Shown here one piece after another: positions 1-8,107 of a stretch of 33,680 nucleotides of DNA (within the stretch, counting starts at the first letter, position 1; every line of letters starts with the position of its first letter). The DNA lies in the IMG/VR virus record IMGVR_UViG_2526164670_000016, positions 1-33,680 of that record; one strand, 5' to 3'. A model generated the notes under the pieces. The model was given only the letters and a program-made list of their open reading frames with translations, ran no database searches and was not told where the DNA came from. The DNA is from a virus. Lineage: Duplodnaviria; Heunggongvirae; Uroviricota; Caudoviricetes. The position numbers and the translations under genes are program-made.

Positions 1-1362
1 ATGTTTAAACCGGAACTCCTTTCCCCGGCGGGAACGCTGAAAAATATGCGTTACGCTTTCGCTTATGGCGCAGATGCTGTTTATGCGGGCCAGCCGCGTT
101 ATTCCCTGCGTGTGCGCAACAACGAATTCAACCACGAAAATCTTCAGCTCGGCATCAATGAAGCCCACGCGCTGGGGAAAAAGTTTTATGTCGTGGTCAA
201 CATTGCACCGCACAACGCCAAGCTGAAAACCTTTATCCGTGACCTGAAACCGGTGGTGGAAATGGGGCCGGATGCGCTGATTATGTCCGATCCAGGGCTG
301 ATTATGCTGGTGCGTGAGCACTTCCCTGAAATGCCGATCCACCTTTCGGTGCAGGCTAACGCCGTGAACTGGGCGACGGTGAAATTCTGGCAGCAAATGG
401 GCCTGACCCGCGTGATCCTCTCTCGCGAGCTGTCGCTGGAAGAGATTGAAGAGATCCGCAATCAGGTGCCGGATATGGAGATCGAGATCTTCGTTCACGG
501 CGCGCTGTGCATGGCCTACTCCGGTCGCTGCCTGCTCTCTGGCTATATCAACAAGCGCGACCCGAACCAGGGCACCTGCACCAACGCCTGCCGCTGGGAG
601 TACAACGTCCAGGAAGGGAAAGAAGATGATGTTGGCAACATCGTACACAAGTACGAGCCGATTCCGGTGCAAAATGTTGAGCCGACGCTGGGTATCGGCG
701 CACCAACCGACAAAGTGTTTATGATCGAAGAGGCCCAGCGTCCGGGCGAGTATATGACCGCGTTTGAAGATGAGCACGGCACTTACATCATGAACTCGAA
801 AGATCTGCGCGCCATCGCCCATGTAGAACGCCTGACCAAAATGGGCGTGCATTCGCTGAAAATCGAAGGTCGTACCAAATCTTTCTACTATTGTGCACGC
901 ACCGCACAGGTTTACCGCAAAGCTATCGATGACGCCGCTGCGGGAAAACCGTTCGATACCAGCCTGCTGGAAACTCTGGAAGGTCTGGCGCATCGTGGCT
1001 ATACCGAAGGTTTCCTGCGTCGTCATACTCACGACGATTATCAGAACTACGAATACGGTTATTCAGTTTCTGACCGCCAGCAGTTTGTTGGTGAGTTTAC
1101 CGGTGAGCGCAAGGGGGACCTCGCGGCGGTAGCGGTGAAAAATAAATTCTCCGTTGGCGACAGCCTTGAGCTGATGACGCCGCAAGGCAACATTAATTTT
1201 ACCCTTGAGCACATGGAAAACGCCAAAGGCGAAGCTATGCCGATAGCACCAGGCGATGGTTATACTGTGTGGCTCCCGGTCCCGCAGGATCTTGAGCTCA
1301 ATTACGCGCTGCTGATGCGTAATTTCTCCGGGGAAACCACGCGTAATCCCCACGGTAAGTGA
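1..1362 (+). CDS. yegQ: U32-family peptidase-like protein YegQ (tRNA hydroxylation protein TrhP family), 453 aa
   Basis: Full-length ORF from ATG at position 1; protein recognised as E. coli YegQ from memory; high-GC host-like composition; followed by cyaR as in E. coli K-12. Confidence 0.9.
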   Translation: MFKPELLSPAGTLKNMRYAFAYGADAVYAGQPRYSLRVRNNEFNHENLQLGINEAHALGKKFYVVVNIAPHNAKLKTFIRDLKPVVEMGPDALIMSDPGLIMLVREHFPEMPIHLSVQANAVNWATVKFWQQMGLTRVILSRELSLEEIEEIRNQVPDMEIEIFVHGALCMAYSGRCLLSGYINKRDPNQGTCTNACRWEYNVQEGKEDDVGNIVHKYEPIPVQNVEPTLGIGAPTDKVFMIEEAQRPGEYMTAFEDEHGTYIMNSKDLRAIAHVERLTKMGVHSLKIEGRTKSFYYCARTAQVYRKAIDDAAAGKPFDTSLLETLEGLAHRGYTEGFLRRHTHDDYQNYEYGYSVSDRQQFVGEFTGERKGDLAAVAVKNKFSVGDSLELMTPQGNINFTLEHMENAKGEAMPIAPGDGYTVWLPVPQDLELNYALLMRNFSGETTRNPHGK

Positions 1363-1446
1363 TTAATTTCGATTATTTTTCCCGGATGGAAAATTCTTAG
1401 AAACCGATCACATACAGCTGTATTTATTAAGGTTATCATCCGTTTC

Positions 1447-1533
1447 GCTGAAAAACATAACCCATAAAATGCTAGCTGTACCAGGAACCACCTCCTTAGC
1501 CTGTGTAATCTCCCTTACACGGGCTTATTTTTT
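1447..1533 (+). ncRNA. cyaR: CyaR (RyeE) Hfq-dependent small RNA, about 87 nt
   Basis: Sequence GCTGAAAAACATAACCCATAAAATGCTAGCTGTACCAGGAACCACCTCCTTAGCCTGTGTAATCTCCCTTACACGGGCTTATTTTTT matches my recollection of CyaR, including the CCUCC seed-like motif and the terminator hairpin (CCTGTGTAA / TTACACGGG) plus U-run. Confidence 0.8.
1507..1533. other. P2-type attachment core (attL/attR copy), 27 bp, overlapping the 3' end of cyaR
   Basis: AATCTCCCTTACACGGGCTTATTTTTT is the reverse complement of the 27-nt P2 att core AAAAAATAAGCCCGTGTAAGGGAGATT as I recall it; prophage genes begin immediately to the right. Confidence 0.6.
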
Positions 1534-1573
1534 GCCTGTAATCTACTGAAATAAATGGATTTATTTCTTACAA

Positions 1574-1611
1574 TGTCCACACATTGACCACATCAAACAA
1601 ACCCCGTCCAC
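1574..1611. promoter_or_regulatory. Candidate integrase arm-type binding sites (direct repeats TGTCCACA at 1574-1581 and GTCCACA at 1605-1611)
   Basis: Two direct copies of the reverse complement of TGTGGACA, which I recall as the P2 Int arm-site consensus, about 30 bp apart next to the att core. Confidence 0.35.
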
Positions 1612-1626
1612 AAACGGGGTTTTTTA
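1600..1626 (+). terminator. Rho-independent terminator-like hairpin (AACCCCGT / ACGGGGTT, then TTTTTT)
   Basis: 8-bp GC-rich stem, 6-nt loop and a run of six T on the plus strand, about 70 bp downstream of cyaR. Confidence 0.5.
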
Positions 1627-1678
1627 ATACTTTCCCCTCCCCCTTCGCTGTAGATCCTTTTATTAAAACTTCATGCAT

Positions 1679-1980
1679 CATTTTGCAAAACCCAGAGCAC
1701 AGCAAACCAGCCGCCAGCCCGCGCCGCGCAAGGCTTCGACATATCCGCGACCCAAAACTACCAGATGCCACCGAGTCATTTTGATCGTCACGAAAACCAA
1801 AACGATCCTTTTAAAAACATCATGTTATCCAGTCGGTTAGCGACTGGCGACGCGGTGACTTTTGCAAAGTGCTGCAAATCTTTGCGCAGCGTGCAAACGC
1901 CCGCAGGATACAAAAGCCCAGCAGCGGCGCAGGCTGGCGGGGTGCTTTGCGCAAAATTTCTTTTGCAAAATTTTTATGAT
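1679..1980. repeat. Non-coding att-adjacent region with repeated TTTGCAAA / TTTGCGCAAA palindromic motifs
   Basis: TTTTGCAAAA near 1681, 1860 and 1961, TTTGCGCAAAA near 1946, plus related TGCAAA units; the ORFs predicted here overlap each other and lack ribosome-binding sites. Confidence 0.4.
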
Positions 1981-2071
1981 CCAAACTGCGCAGGCGGGTG
2001 CGGTGTAGTGCCGTTTCCGTCTTGGATCCGCTTCCGTCTGCCTGCTGTCGCTTACGCTGTGGGCCGCTGTT

Positions 2072-2108
2072 GAACGAACGAAAGAAAGGCCGCACGGTGG
2101 CGGCCTTT
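2072..2108 (-). terminator. Rho-independent terminator at the end of the minus-strand tail operon (possibly bidirectional)
   Basis: Hairpin AAAGGCCGC-ACGGTG-GCGGCCTTT at 2085-2108; on the minus strand it is followed by TTTCTTTCGTTCG, about 65 bp after the stop of the 2175-3899 gene. Confidence 0.55.
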
Positions 2109-2174
2109 AATATTTGCGCCTGCTGTGGCGCGTTCTGTGGTGTCTGGTGAGATCTGCGGTACTGCCGCTTTTTG

Positions 2175-3899
2175 TCAGGCTATCAGGGGACCGTATTTGC
2201 TTTTCAATGTATCGGTTTTAGTGGCCGCTGCGGTGAACTGCGCAGCCTGCCCGCTGGCCCCTGTATTGGGGTGAGTATGTGACGCGGCGGTCTCTGCCAG
2301 TTCCCTCACCACGTCCAGGGTGTCAGTGAGTAGTGTCAGTACGTTAATTTCTTCGCTTCCCAGTTTTACCACCGGGGCAATCAGCTGTTGCGCCTGGGCC
2401 ACACTTCGGCGGATACCGCTGATTTTCTCAGTCAGTGCGCCGCTGACGTTTGACGTGACATTCCCTTTCACGTCGTCTGTAACATCGCCCGCGACGTCCC
2501 GTTTTGCGTTCCGGCCAACACTGACGGAATTGTCCTTGCTGCAGGTTACTGTCAGGTTGCCGGATGTGCCGATACTGTAATCACCCTCGCTGATATGGAC
2601 CACCGCCCCGGCCAGAAGAGTGGCCGTGCCAAGCACGGTTGTTTTATCCGTTGCCTGGACCGTAGTTTCACGGACAACCACTTTGCGGATCTCTTCGTCG
2701 GTGGTGACTTCGCGCATCATGGAGTTTTCGCGGATTGTCTGGTCCGTCTGGCGTTCCCAGTCTCCGGCAACCGTCACGCGCTGCGATACACCATCGCGCT
2801 GTTGCTGCAACTGCTCGCCGGGTTTAACCGCTGGCAGGTTATGACCCTCCGCCATAATCTGGCGCACGAAGGGCTTATCCTGCCGCCCCTCAGTGAACCC
2901 GATTTCAACCAGCGTGCCAGGGGGCGGAAACTGGAACATTCCCGACTCGCTGCCCGCCATTGGTACAGGTAGCGGAACGGCAGAATAAACCGGCGTATTT
3001 GCGGCTGGCTTGCCGTATTCGTCAAGCAGCTGGAGATCCACGGCATAGCGCGGGCGGAATGGATCGGCAATATTACCCCCTGAAACATCCTCGCTTGGCG
3101 CTTCCACCCTGGCGAATTTTGGAAGATGCAGGCCGCTTGCCAGCTCCGGGAATGCGTTTTCAATCTGCCGCTGAATGGGTGATTTTTGCAATGGCTGGCC
3201 GTTGGCTTTGTTGCGTGGCTGCCAGGTGATTGTCATGTCGTCGTTATTTAGCCGGACCTGGTTTAACCGCTGGCCGTTCACCTCAGCACCCGGGCGCAGG
3301 CTCTGAATCATCGGCACAACCATTGAATTGCCGCCTGCCGATGCCTGGCTAAATTCGTGCGGGATCTCTACTGGTTTACCCGCAAAAAGACTGTGCTCAG
3401 CAGCACCGACGAAGACATCCCCGTCCGGCAGCTGATACCAAAGATAATCCGTCATTGAAAATGCTCGGCCCAGACTGGCAAAAAGCTGGTAGCCCGTGCC
3501 GCTGTGCGTAAAGTGGGGGATCGGTTTATCTGCATAAGCAGCGCCGACCGGCGTTGTGACGGTCAGCCCGCTTTGCTCACTTATCCAGTCAGTAATCTGG
3601 CGCAACGTTGGATGCTGGAAAGAACACGGCCACAATTTATCAAAGATGCCGACCAGCTCACGCACGAACAACCGGCATGTTCCATTATCAGCAGGCTGTG
3701 ACCGTTCGACGTACCCGGTAAACCAGCGCAGGACCAGACCATCATAACCAACATCGATACGCACCATTTTGCCGGTGTAATCTGTCTCTGTCCCCGCCGT
3801 AATAAACCCCCGACCGCACGCGTTCAGCTCCAGCACGATATTGCAGTCAATCAGATGGACCGGATCAGAGGAAAGGTACAGGCGTTTAATTGGTTTCAT
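2175..3899 (-). CDS. Baseplate hub-spike fusion protein (gpD/gp27-like hub fused to gpV/gp5-like spike), 574 aa
   Basis: Last gene of the tail operon next to att; length is roughly P2 D plus V; C-terminal segment (GTLVEIGF..., ...HTHPNTGASGQ) resembles spike proteins from memory. Family assignment not confirmed by search. Confidence 0.55.
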   Translation of the reverse strand: MKPIKRLYLSSDPVHLIDCNIVLELNACGRGFITAGTETDYTGKMVRIDVGYDGLVLRWFTGYVERSQPADNGTCRLFVRELVGIFDKLWPCSFQHPTLRQITDWISEQSGLTVTTPVGAAYADKPIPHFTHSGTGYQLFASLGRAFSMTDYLWYQLPDGDVFVGAAEHSLFAGKPVEIPHEFSQASAGGNSMVVPMIQSLRPGAEVNGQRLNQVRLNNDDMTITWQPRNKANGQPLQKSPIQRQIENAFPELASGLHLPKFARVEAPSEDVSGGNIADPFRPRYAVDLQLLDEYGKPAANTPVYSAVPLPVPMAGSESGMFQFPPPGTLVEIGFTEGRQDKPFVRQIMAEGHNLPAVKPGEQLQQQRDGVSQRVTVAGDWERQTDQTIRENSMMREVTTDEEIRKVVVRETTVQATDKTTVLGTATLLAGAVVHISEGDYSIGTSGNLTVTCSKDNSVSVGRNAKRDVAGDVTDDVKGNVTSNVSGALTEKISGIRRSVAQAQQLIAPVVKLGSEEINVLTLLTDTLDVVRELAETAASHTHPNTGASGQAAQFTAAATKTDTLKSKYGPLIA

Positions 3900-3906
3900 C
3901 GTTTAA

Positions 3907-4449
3907 TTACCCCAGCGCATCGTTGACCGGCTTTAAGACCTTTTCTTCAAACCAGCTCATTTTGTCGGCTGGTTCATCAGCACCTGCAGCCGGACCCGCG
4001 CCCTTTGCCCCTGTTTGCCTGGTGGTGGCCGTCGCGTTGCCTTTTCTGGCCTGTCGTTTTTCCGGGACGCTGCCTTTTTCACGCAGGGTGAAACTTACCT
4101 GCCAGGCAAGGCGATCCTCCTGCGGTACGGCATCAATCTGACCGGTGAACGTGGCTTCACGAAGGTTGATAGCCGTTGCCGTCGCATTGGCAACACGGTA
4201 CTTTTTCAGTGCGCCGCTGGCTTCGGTTGCGGATGCCAGCTGGAAAAGCCGCTGTAAAACGGCTTCATCGTCGAATGTCACCAGACCCGACACGCGCAGC
4301 TCTTTGGCCTTGATACCCTGTTCAGCATTGGCCGTGCTCGATGTCTGGCCCGACTGGTCCTTCTCCTGAAACTGCATGGAAGGTGAAACCAGCATGTTCT
4401 GCATGGCGATCCCTTCACCATCAAGCGCGAGTAATGCGGTCTGGCTCAT
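3907..4449 (-). CDS. Tail/baseplate-associated protein, function unassigned, 180 aa
   Basis: ORF in the tail operon between Tfa-like and hub-spike genes; GC content matches the surrounding structural genes; no family recognised. Confidence 0.4.
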   Translation of the reverse strand: MSQTALLALDGEGIAMQNMLVSPSMQFQEKDQSGQTSSTANAEQGIKAKELRVSGLVTFDDEAVLQRLFQLASATEASGALKKYRVANATATAINLREATFTGQIDAVPQEDRLAWQVSFTLREKGSVPEKRQARKGNATATTRQTGAKGAGPAAGADEPADKMSWFEEKVLKPVNDALG

Positions 4450-5143
4450 GTAGCATCCTCCCTAAGTCAGATAACGAATCCCCGATAAACATCATCGCGG
4501 CGGTATGCACTGCCGTTGTTTGCGGGATGCATTTCAGCAATTCAGCGGCAGCAACGGCATAACTCCCGCTGTAACTGAATGAAAAAATATTCGCACTGGC
4601 GGCTTTCAGGTCGTCCAGTCCCTGGCTGAGTGAGGACAGCAAACCGGCCCGTTCCTGAATAAATCCCGTCACCTGGTTTTTTAGATCTGTTGTGGTGGTA
4701 CTGACTGCGGCGGCCAGCTGCGCGGCGGCAACACGCTGGGCATTCAGCGCCAGCCGGTTGGTTGAGACTGATAACGGCGCACTGGCTGGCAATACATCGG
4801 CTTTAACCGGCAACTGCATTTTTACCGTGCTGAGTTCTGCGGCGGCTGCCGCCATGCGGCTTACCTGCGTAAAAGCGGGGGCAGGAAATACGGTGGACAG
4901 TTTATTCAGCCCCTGCATAAATGCGTCGTGGGTATTCTCCGCTACCATCATGACGATGACATCGCCGCTACCGCCACCGGATAACAGCTTTTTAGCAAGA
5001 TATTCCATCGCATTGGCCGGACTAAGATAAGCGCCTGAATCCGTGGACTGACCCAGCCCATACACCCACGGATGGGCCGGAATGATTGAACAGGATAATG
5101 CCGACATATCATCGGCAATCCTTATAATTGAATCACGCCACAT
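4421..5143 (-). CDS. Tail-module protein, function unassigned (about 240 aa from the ATG at 5143; track ORF extends to a TTG at 5191)
   Basis: Long ORF in the tail operon; ATG at 5143 has GGAG about 10 nt upstream and overlaps the Tfa stop by 11 nt; no family recognised. Confidence 0.35.
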   Translation of the reverse strand: MWRDSIIRIADDMSALSCSIIPAHPWVYGLGQSTDSGAYLSPANAMEYLAKKLLSGGGSGDVIVMMVAENTHDAFMQGLNKLSTVFPAPAFTQVSRMAAAAAELSTVKMQLPVKADVLPASAPLSVSTNRLALNAQRVAAAQLAAAVSTTTTDLKNQVTGFIQERAGLLSSLSQGLDDLKAASANIFSFSYSGSYAVAAAELLKCIPQTTAVHTAAMMFIGDSLSDLGRMLHEPDRITRA

Positions 5144-5570
5144 CGGCAGGTTGCTCCGGCCAGACAATATCTGTCGCTGAGTCGGTATCAATGCGCATCA
5201 GCGATACCCTGTATTCACGCCAGGCAGTAAAAAGCGCTTTTTCTGCGTCCGTCGCTTTACCCAGATCAACGGCATCCTGCAAAGGTGCCAGGATATTGCT
5301 GGCCGCAGCCATCAGGGCAGATTTTTGCGTCTCAGCCCTTACGATTGATTCTTCTTCAGAAAGCGGCAGGGGGTCAGAAAGGACCGGCTGACCATATTCA
5401 TTTGGGATGATGATACGCCCTGAACTCTTATCAATCAGATACTGATACCAGCGCTCAGAAATCAACAAGGCGTCAGCAGGCCAGCCCAGTTCCGATTTTT
5501 CATAATCTGGCTTCAACGAAAGGAAGAAAAATCCATTCATGGAAGCACTGTAATAATATTGCTCATCCAT
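5133..5570 (-). CDS. Tail fibre assembly protein (Tfa / P2 gpG-like chaperone), 145 aa
   Basis: Small ORF directly downstream of the tail fibre gene (4-bp gap); sequence resembles Tfa-family proteins; position is conserved. Confidence 0.7.
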   Translation of the reverse strand: MDEQYYYSASMNGFFFLSLKPDYEKSELGWPADALLISERWYQYLIDKSSGRIIIPNEYGQPVLSDPLPLSEEESIVRAETQKSALMAAASNILAPLQDAVDLGKATDAEKALFTAWREYRVSLMRIDTDSATDIVWPEQPADVA

Positions 5571-5573
5571 TTT

Positions 5574-7496
5574 TTAATATCCCGTTGCCAGCCAGAACAA
5601 AGGAAAGCCCTGGTTTGCGTTAAGCCTTGCCGTCGTATTGGAATATTGCGACACCGAACATTCGAGCGTCCCGGCCACATTCGAGGTAAAAGGCGTGACC
5701 TGAATATTCCGGCACGCATTCGGGAATGCGATCGGGAACGTAATATTTTGATAACCGGACGTCTGGTTCGTGTAACCCCACTGACGGATCCTTCCTGTTG
5801 TTCCGTCGCGCTCCCAGCCGTTTTGCCCCAGGCTGGCCGTATTTTTCAGGTTATAGCGTGCGTCGCTCTCGGCTTTTGTATACGACCCAATCGACCCCGC
5901 CGAAATGGTGATGTTTGCTGTACCGTTAAATGCCACGCCGTTGATGGTGCGGGCGGTTTGCAATTGTGACGCTGAAACCGCATTACCATTTGACGCAAGA
6001 GCGCCAATCTCTGCCGGGGTGGGCTTGTTCGCCACATCATAGGCTTTTGTCCATGCAGACCAGGTGCCACCATAAAGCGTTCGGGCATAACTGCGGGAAT
6101 TGTTGTACACGCGATAAATTTGCGTGATTCCGGCATGCTTAAGGACTTCAAGAGAACCCGCGATCGCCTCCGGATAATTCGTCCCGGTTTGCGCCTGCGC
6201 GTTCGCGGGCTGGTAATAAAGCCCTGGCGTGGTGTAGTTGTTCAGATTTGCTGCATTACCAATCCCTTCGGCCAACCGAAAAATATCAGACGGGAAAAGA
6301 TCGATATTACTCGATAGCGCTCGACCGTTAACCGTTCGTGTTGAGGGCACGCGACTATTAGCATTATCGTTAGCCGCCTTAACTGCTTTCGGCGTCGCGG
6401 CGACGGCTTCCGACTCGCTGTCGGTGGCGCTGCTCAGTTGAATAATCCCTTTCTGCGCTGTCGTAGCGTCCTGCGCGGTGTATTTACCTTTCGCCAGGTC
6501 ATAGGTTGCCTTAACCGCTTTCGGCGTTGCCGCTACTTCTTCAGAATCGCTATCCGTGGCGCTGCTTAATTGCGTGAATCCCTTTGCGGTTGTGGTGGCG
6601 TCCGGGTGGTTGCGTGATTGTTCGTGTTTTTTCAGCGCATCACTGGCCTGTTGCTCGTTCAGCGTACCTTTTGGACGAAGATCGGTAATGACGCCGTTTG
6701 CGTCGATACTCGCAAGGGCAAACACGAAATGTTGCTCACCATTCTGCACGTAATCTTTAAGGTCGGCGGCAACCGTGATTTTGCTTTGTACCGCCCAAAT
6801 GCTCGTAAGCGTTCCCATCCACGCCACATCCAGCCAGACCTTAACCGGCTTTGTTGACACGGTAATATTCTGGTTTGCGGCCAACACTGAACGCAGACCG
6901 GCAAGGTATCCAGTACCTTTAGTGACAAAATACTGGGTGCCTGTTTTCGCGACCAGATAACCCGCATCAAAGAACGACGCCGCACCATACAGATCGATAT
7001 TTTCGCGGCGCTGGCGTTCATCCATTGCCGCCAGACGGGCAGTAAAATCAATCTGCCATGTCTCTGCCGGGGTGGTAATTTCCGTTGCTTCCCTGGCTCC
7101 GCTGTATTCCATCAGCATGGAACGGACCAGAACGTTTCCCTGCTGGCCGTTCGCATTTTTGATTTTACGCTGGGTCGGGGCATGAATAATCATCGCCAGT
7201 GTACCGGTGGCTTTATTTGCCAGACCGATCCAGTTGAAATCAAAATCACCCACATCTGCCCCCATCGTGACGGAATAAACGACAGAGTTTTCATTCACAA
7301 CACCGGATTTACTCACCACCTGACGATAAACAATTTTATCCGCTGCGGGTGCTGTCTCGGTATTATCAATCGGCTTATCAGCATCCAGCCCCGGAATATA
7401 CGCGAAAATAAATTCATCCAGCGCGACGGGCTGATTATTAATAGCCTGCTGGGCTTTCCACTCTGTAAATGCTTTTGTAATAACAGCCTGTGACAT
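5574..7496 (-). CDS. Tail fibre protein (P2 gpH-like), 640 aa
   Basis: Contains the duplicated motif HEQSRNHPDATTTAKGFTQLSSATDS...AATPKAVKA that I recall from P2 gpH; Gly/Asn/Thr-rich C-terminal receptor-binding region. Confidence 0.8.
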   Translation of the reverse strand: MSQAVITKAFTEWKAQQAINNQPVALDEFIFAYIPGLDADKPIDNTETAPAADKIVYRQVVSKSGVVNENSVVYSVTMGADVGDFDFNWIGLANKATGTLAMIIHAPTQRKIKNANGQQGNVLVRSMLMEYSGAREATEITTPAETWQIDFTARLAAMDERQRRENIDLYGAASFFDAGYLVAKTGTQYFVTKGTGYLAGLRSVLAANQNITVSTKPVKVWLDVAWMGTLTSIWAVQSKITVAADLKDYVQNGEQHFVFALASIDANGVITDLRPKGTLNEQQASDALKKHEQSRNHPDATTTAKGFTQLSSATDSDSEEVAATPKAVKATYDLAKGKYTAQDATTAQKGIIQLSSATDSESEAVAATPKAVKAANDNANSRVPSTRTVNGRALSSNIDLFPSDIFRLAEGIGNAANLNNYTTPGLYYQPANAQAQTGTNYPEAIAGSLEVLKHAGITQIYRVYNNSRSYARTLYGGTWSAWTKAYDVANKPTPAEIGALASNGNAVSASQLQTARTINGVAFNGTANITISAGSIGSYTKAESDARYNLKNTASLGQNGWERDGTTGRIRQWGYTNQTSGYQNITFPIAFPNACRNIQVTPFTSNVAGTLECSVSQYSNTTARLNANQGFPLFWLATGY

Positions 7497-7507
7497 AGGT
7501 TTTTCCT

Positions 7508-8107
7508 CTACTTCAAACTTGCGCTGTATGTTATTTGGGGCTGGTTATTCACATCGCCCAGGGTGGCAGGCCAGCAAATATATTCCCCCTGATACCAGCC
7601 AATATTGATATTCAGTGGCAGGGATGTGATCACTTCAAACTGGTAACGGCGGCATGTACGCCCATATTTACGGATGATTTCCAGCAGGAGATCGCCATTT
7701 TCCGCAATCTGGCTGTTTGTCACCCGAACAACAATCACGTCCCAGTCGAGTCCGTCCTGCCGCTCCAGCAATTCAACGTAACCAATCCCCAGTCGCTCAA
7801 AAATGGCAATAAAGCCCGCCACCTCTCCGGCCTGCTGCGCATTGATAAATGCGTAGCTCACCCGTTTGCGGAAGATGTCGAGCGGCTCCCCCTTAAACCG
7901 ATCGATATCGCGTTCCCAGGCAATCAGGTTTAACAGCGGTTCGGGGCAGACCAGCGGGTCAAACTGCTTTAACGGCCAGGAGATCCACCCGTACACCTGC
8001 GACCAGAACTTCACGCAGGCCCGCACCAGCCTGGCGGGGTCGCCTTTGTTCAGCCACGACGGCAATTTCAGACCGGCAAGCAACTTTGAAAACTCAGTCA
8101 TTCTCAA
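7508..8107 (-). CDS. Baseplate/tail protein (P2 gpI-like or Mu gp48/DUF2313-like), 199 aa
   Basis: Position between the J-like baseplate gene and the tail fibre gene; overlaps the J-like stop; size and position fit gpI/gp48-type proteins. Confidence 0.5.
   Translation of the reverse strand: MRMTEFSKLLAGLKLPSWLNKGDPARLVRACVKFWSQVYGWISWPLKQFDPLVCPEPLLNLIAWERDIDRFKGEPLDIFRKRVSYAFINAQQAGEVAGFIAIFERLGIGYVELLERQDGLDWDVIVVRVTNSQIAENGDLLLEIIRKYGRTCRRYQFEVITSLPLNINIGWYQGEYICWPATLGDVNNQPQITYSASLK

Noticed and set aside
186-1353. Several 79-96-aa ORFs in alternative frames or antisense within yegQ
   Set aside because: Fully contained in a confidently identified 453-aa gene; typical spurious ORFs in GC-rich coding sequence.
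1568-2095. Four overlapping 66-102-aa ORFs between cyaR and the tail operon, at the position where ogr would sit in P2
   Set aside because: They overlap each other on both strands, lack ribosome-binding sites, have no Ogr-like Cys motif, and cover terminators and repeat motifs; treated as non-coding.
6370-6605. Direct repeats considered as a possible CRISPR-like array or VNTR
   Set aside because: Only two imperfect units, both in frame within the tail fibre gene and encoding a duplicated peptide motif; no spacer-repeat architecture anywhere in the window.
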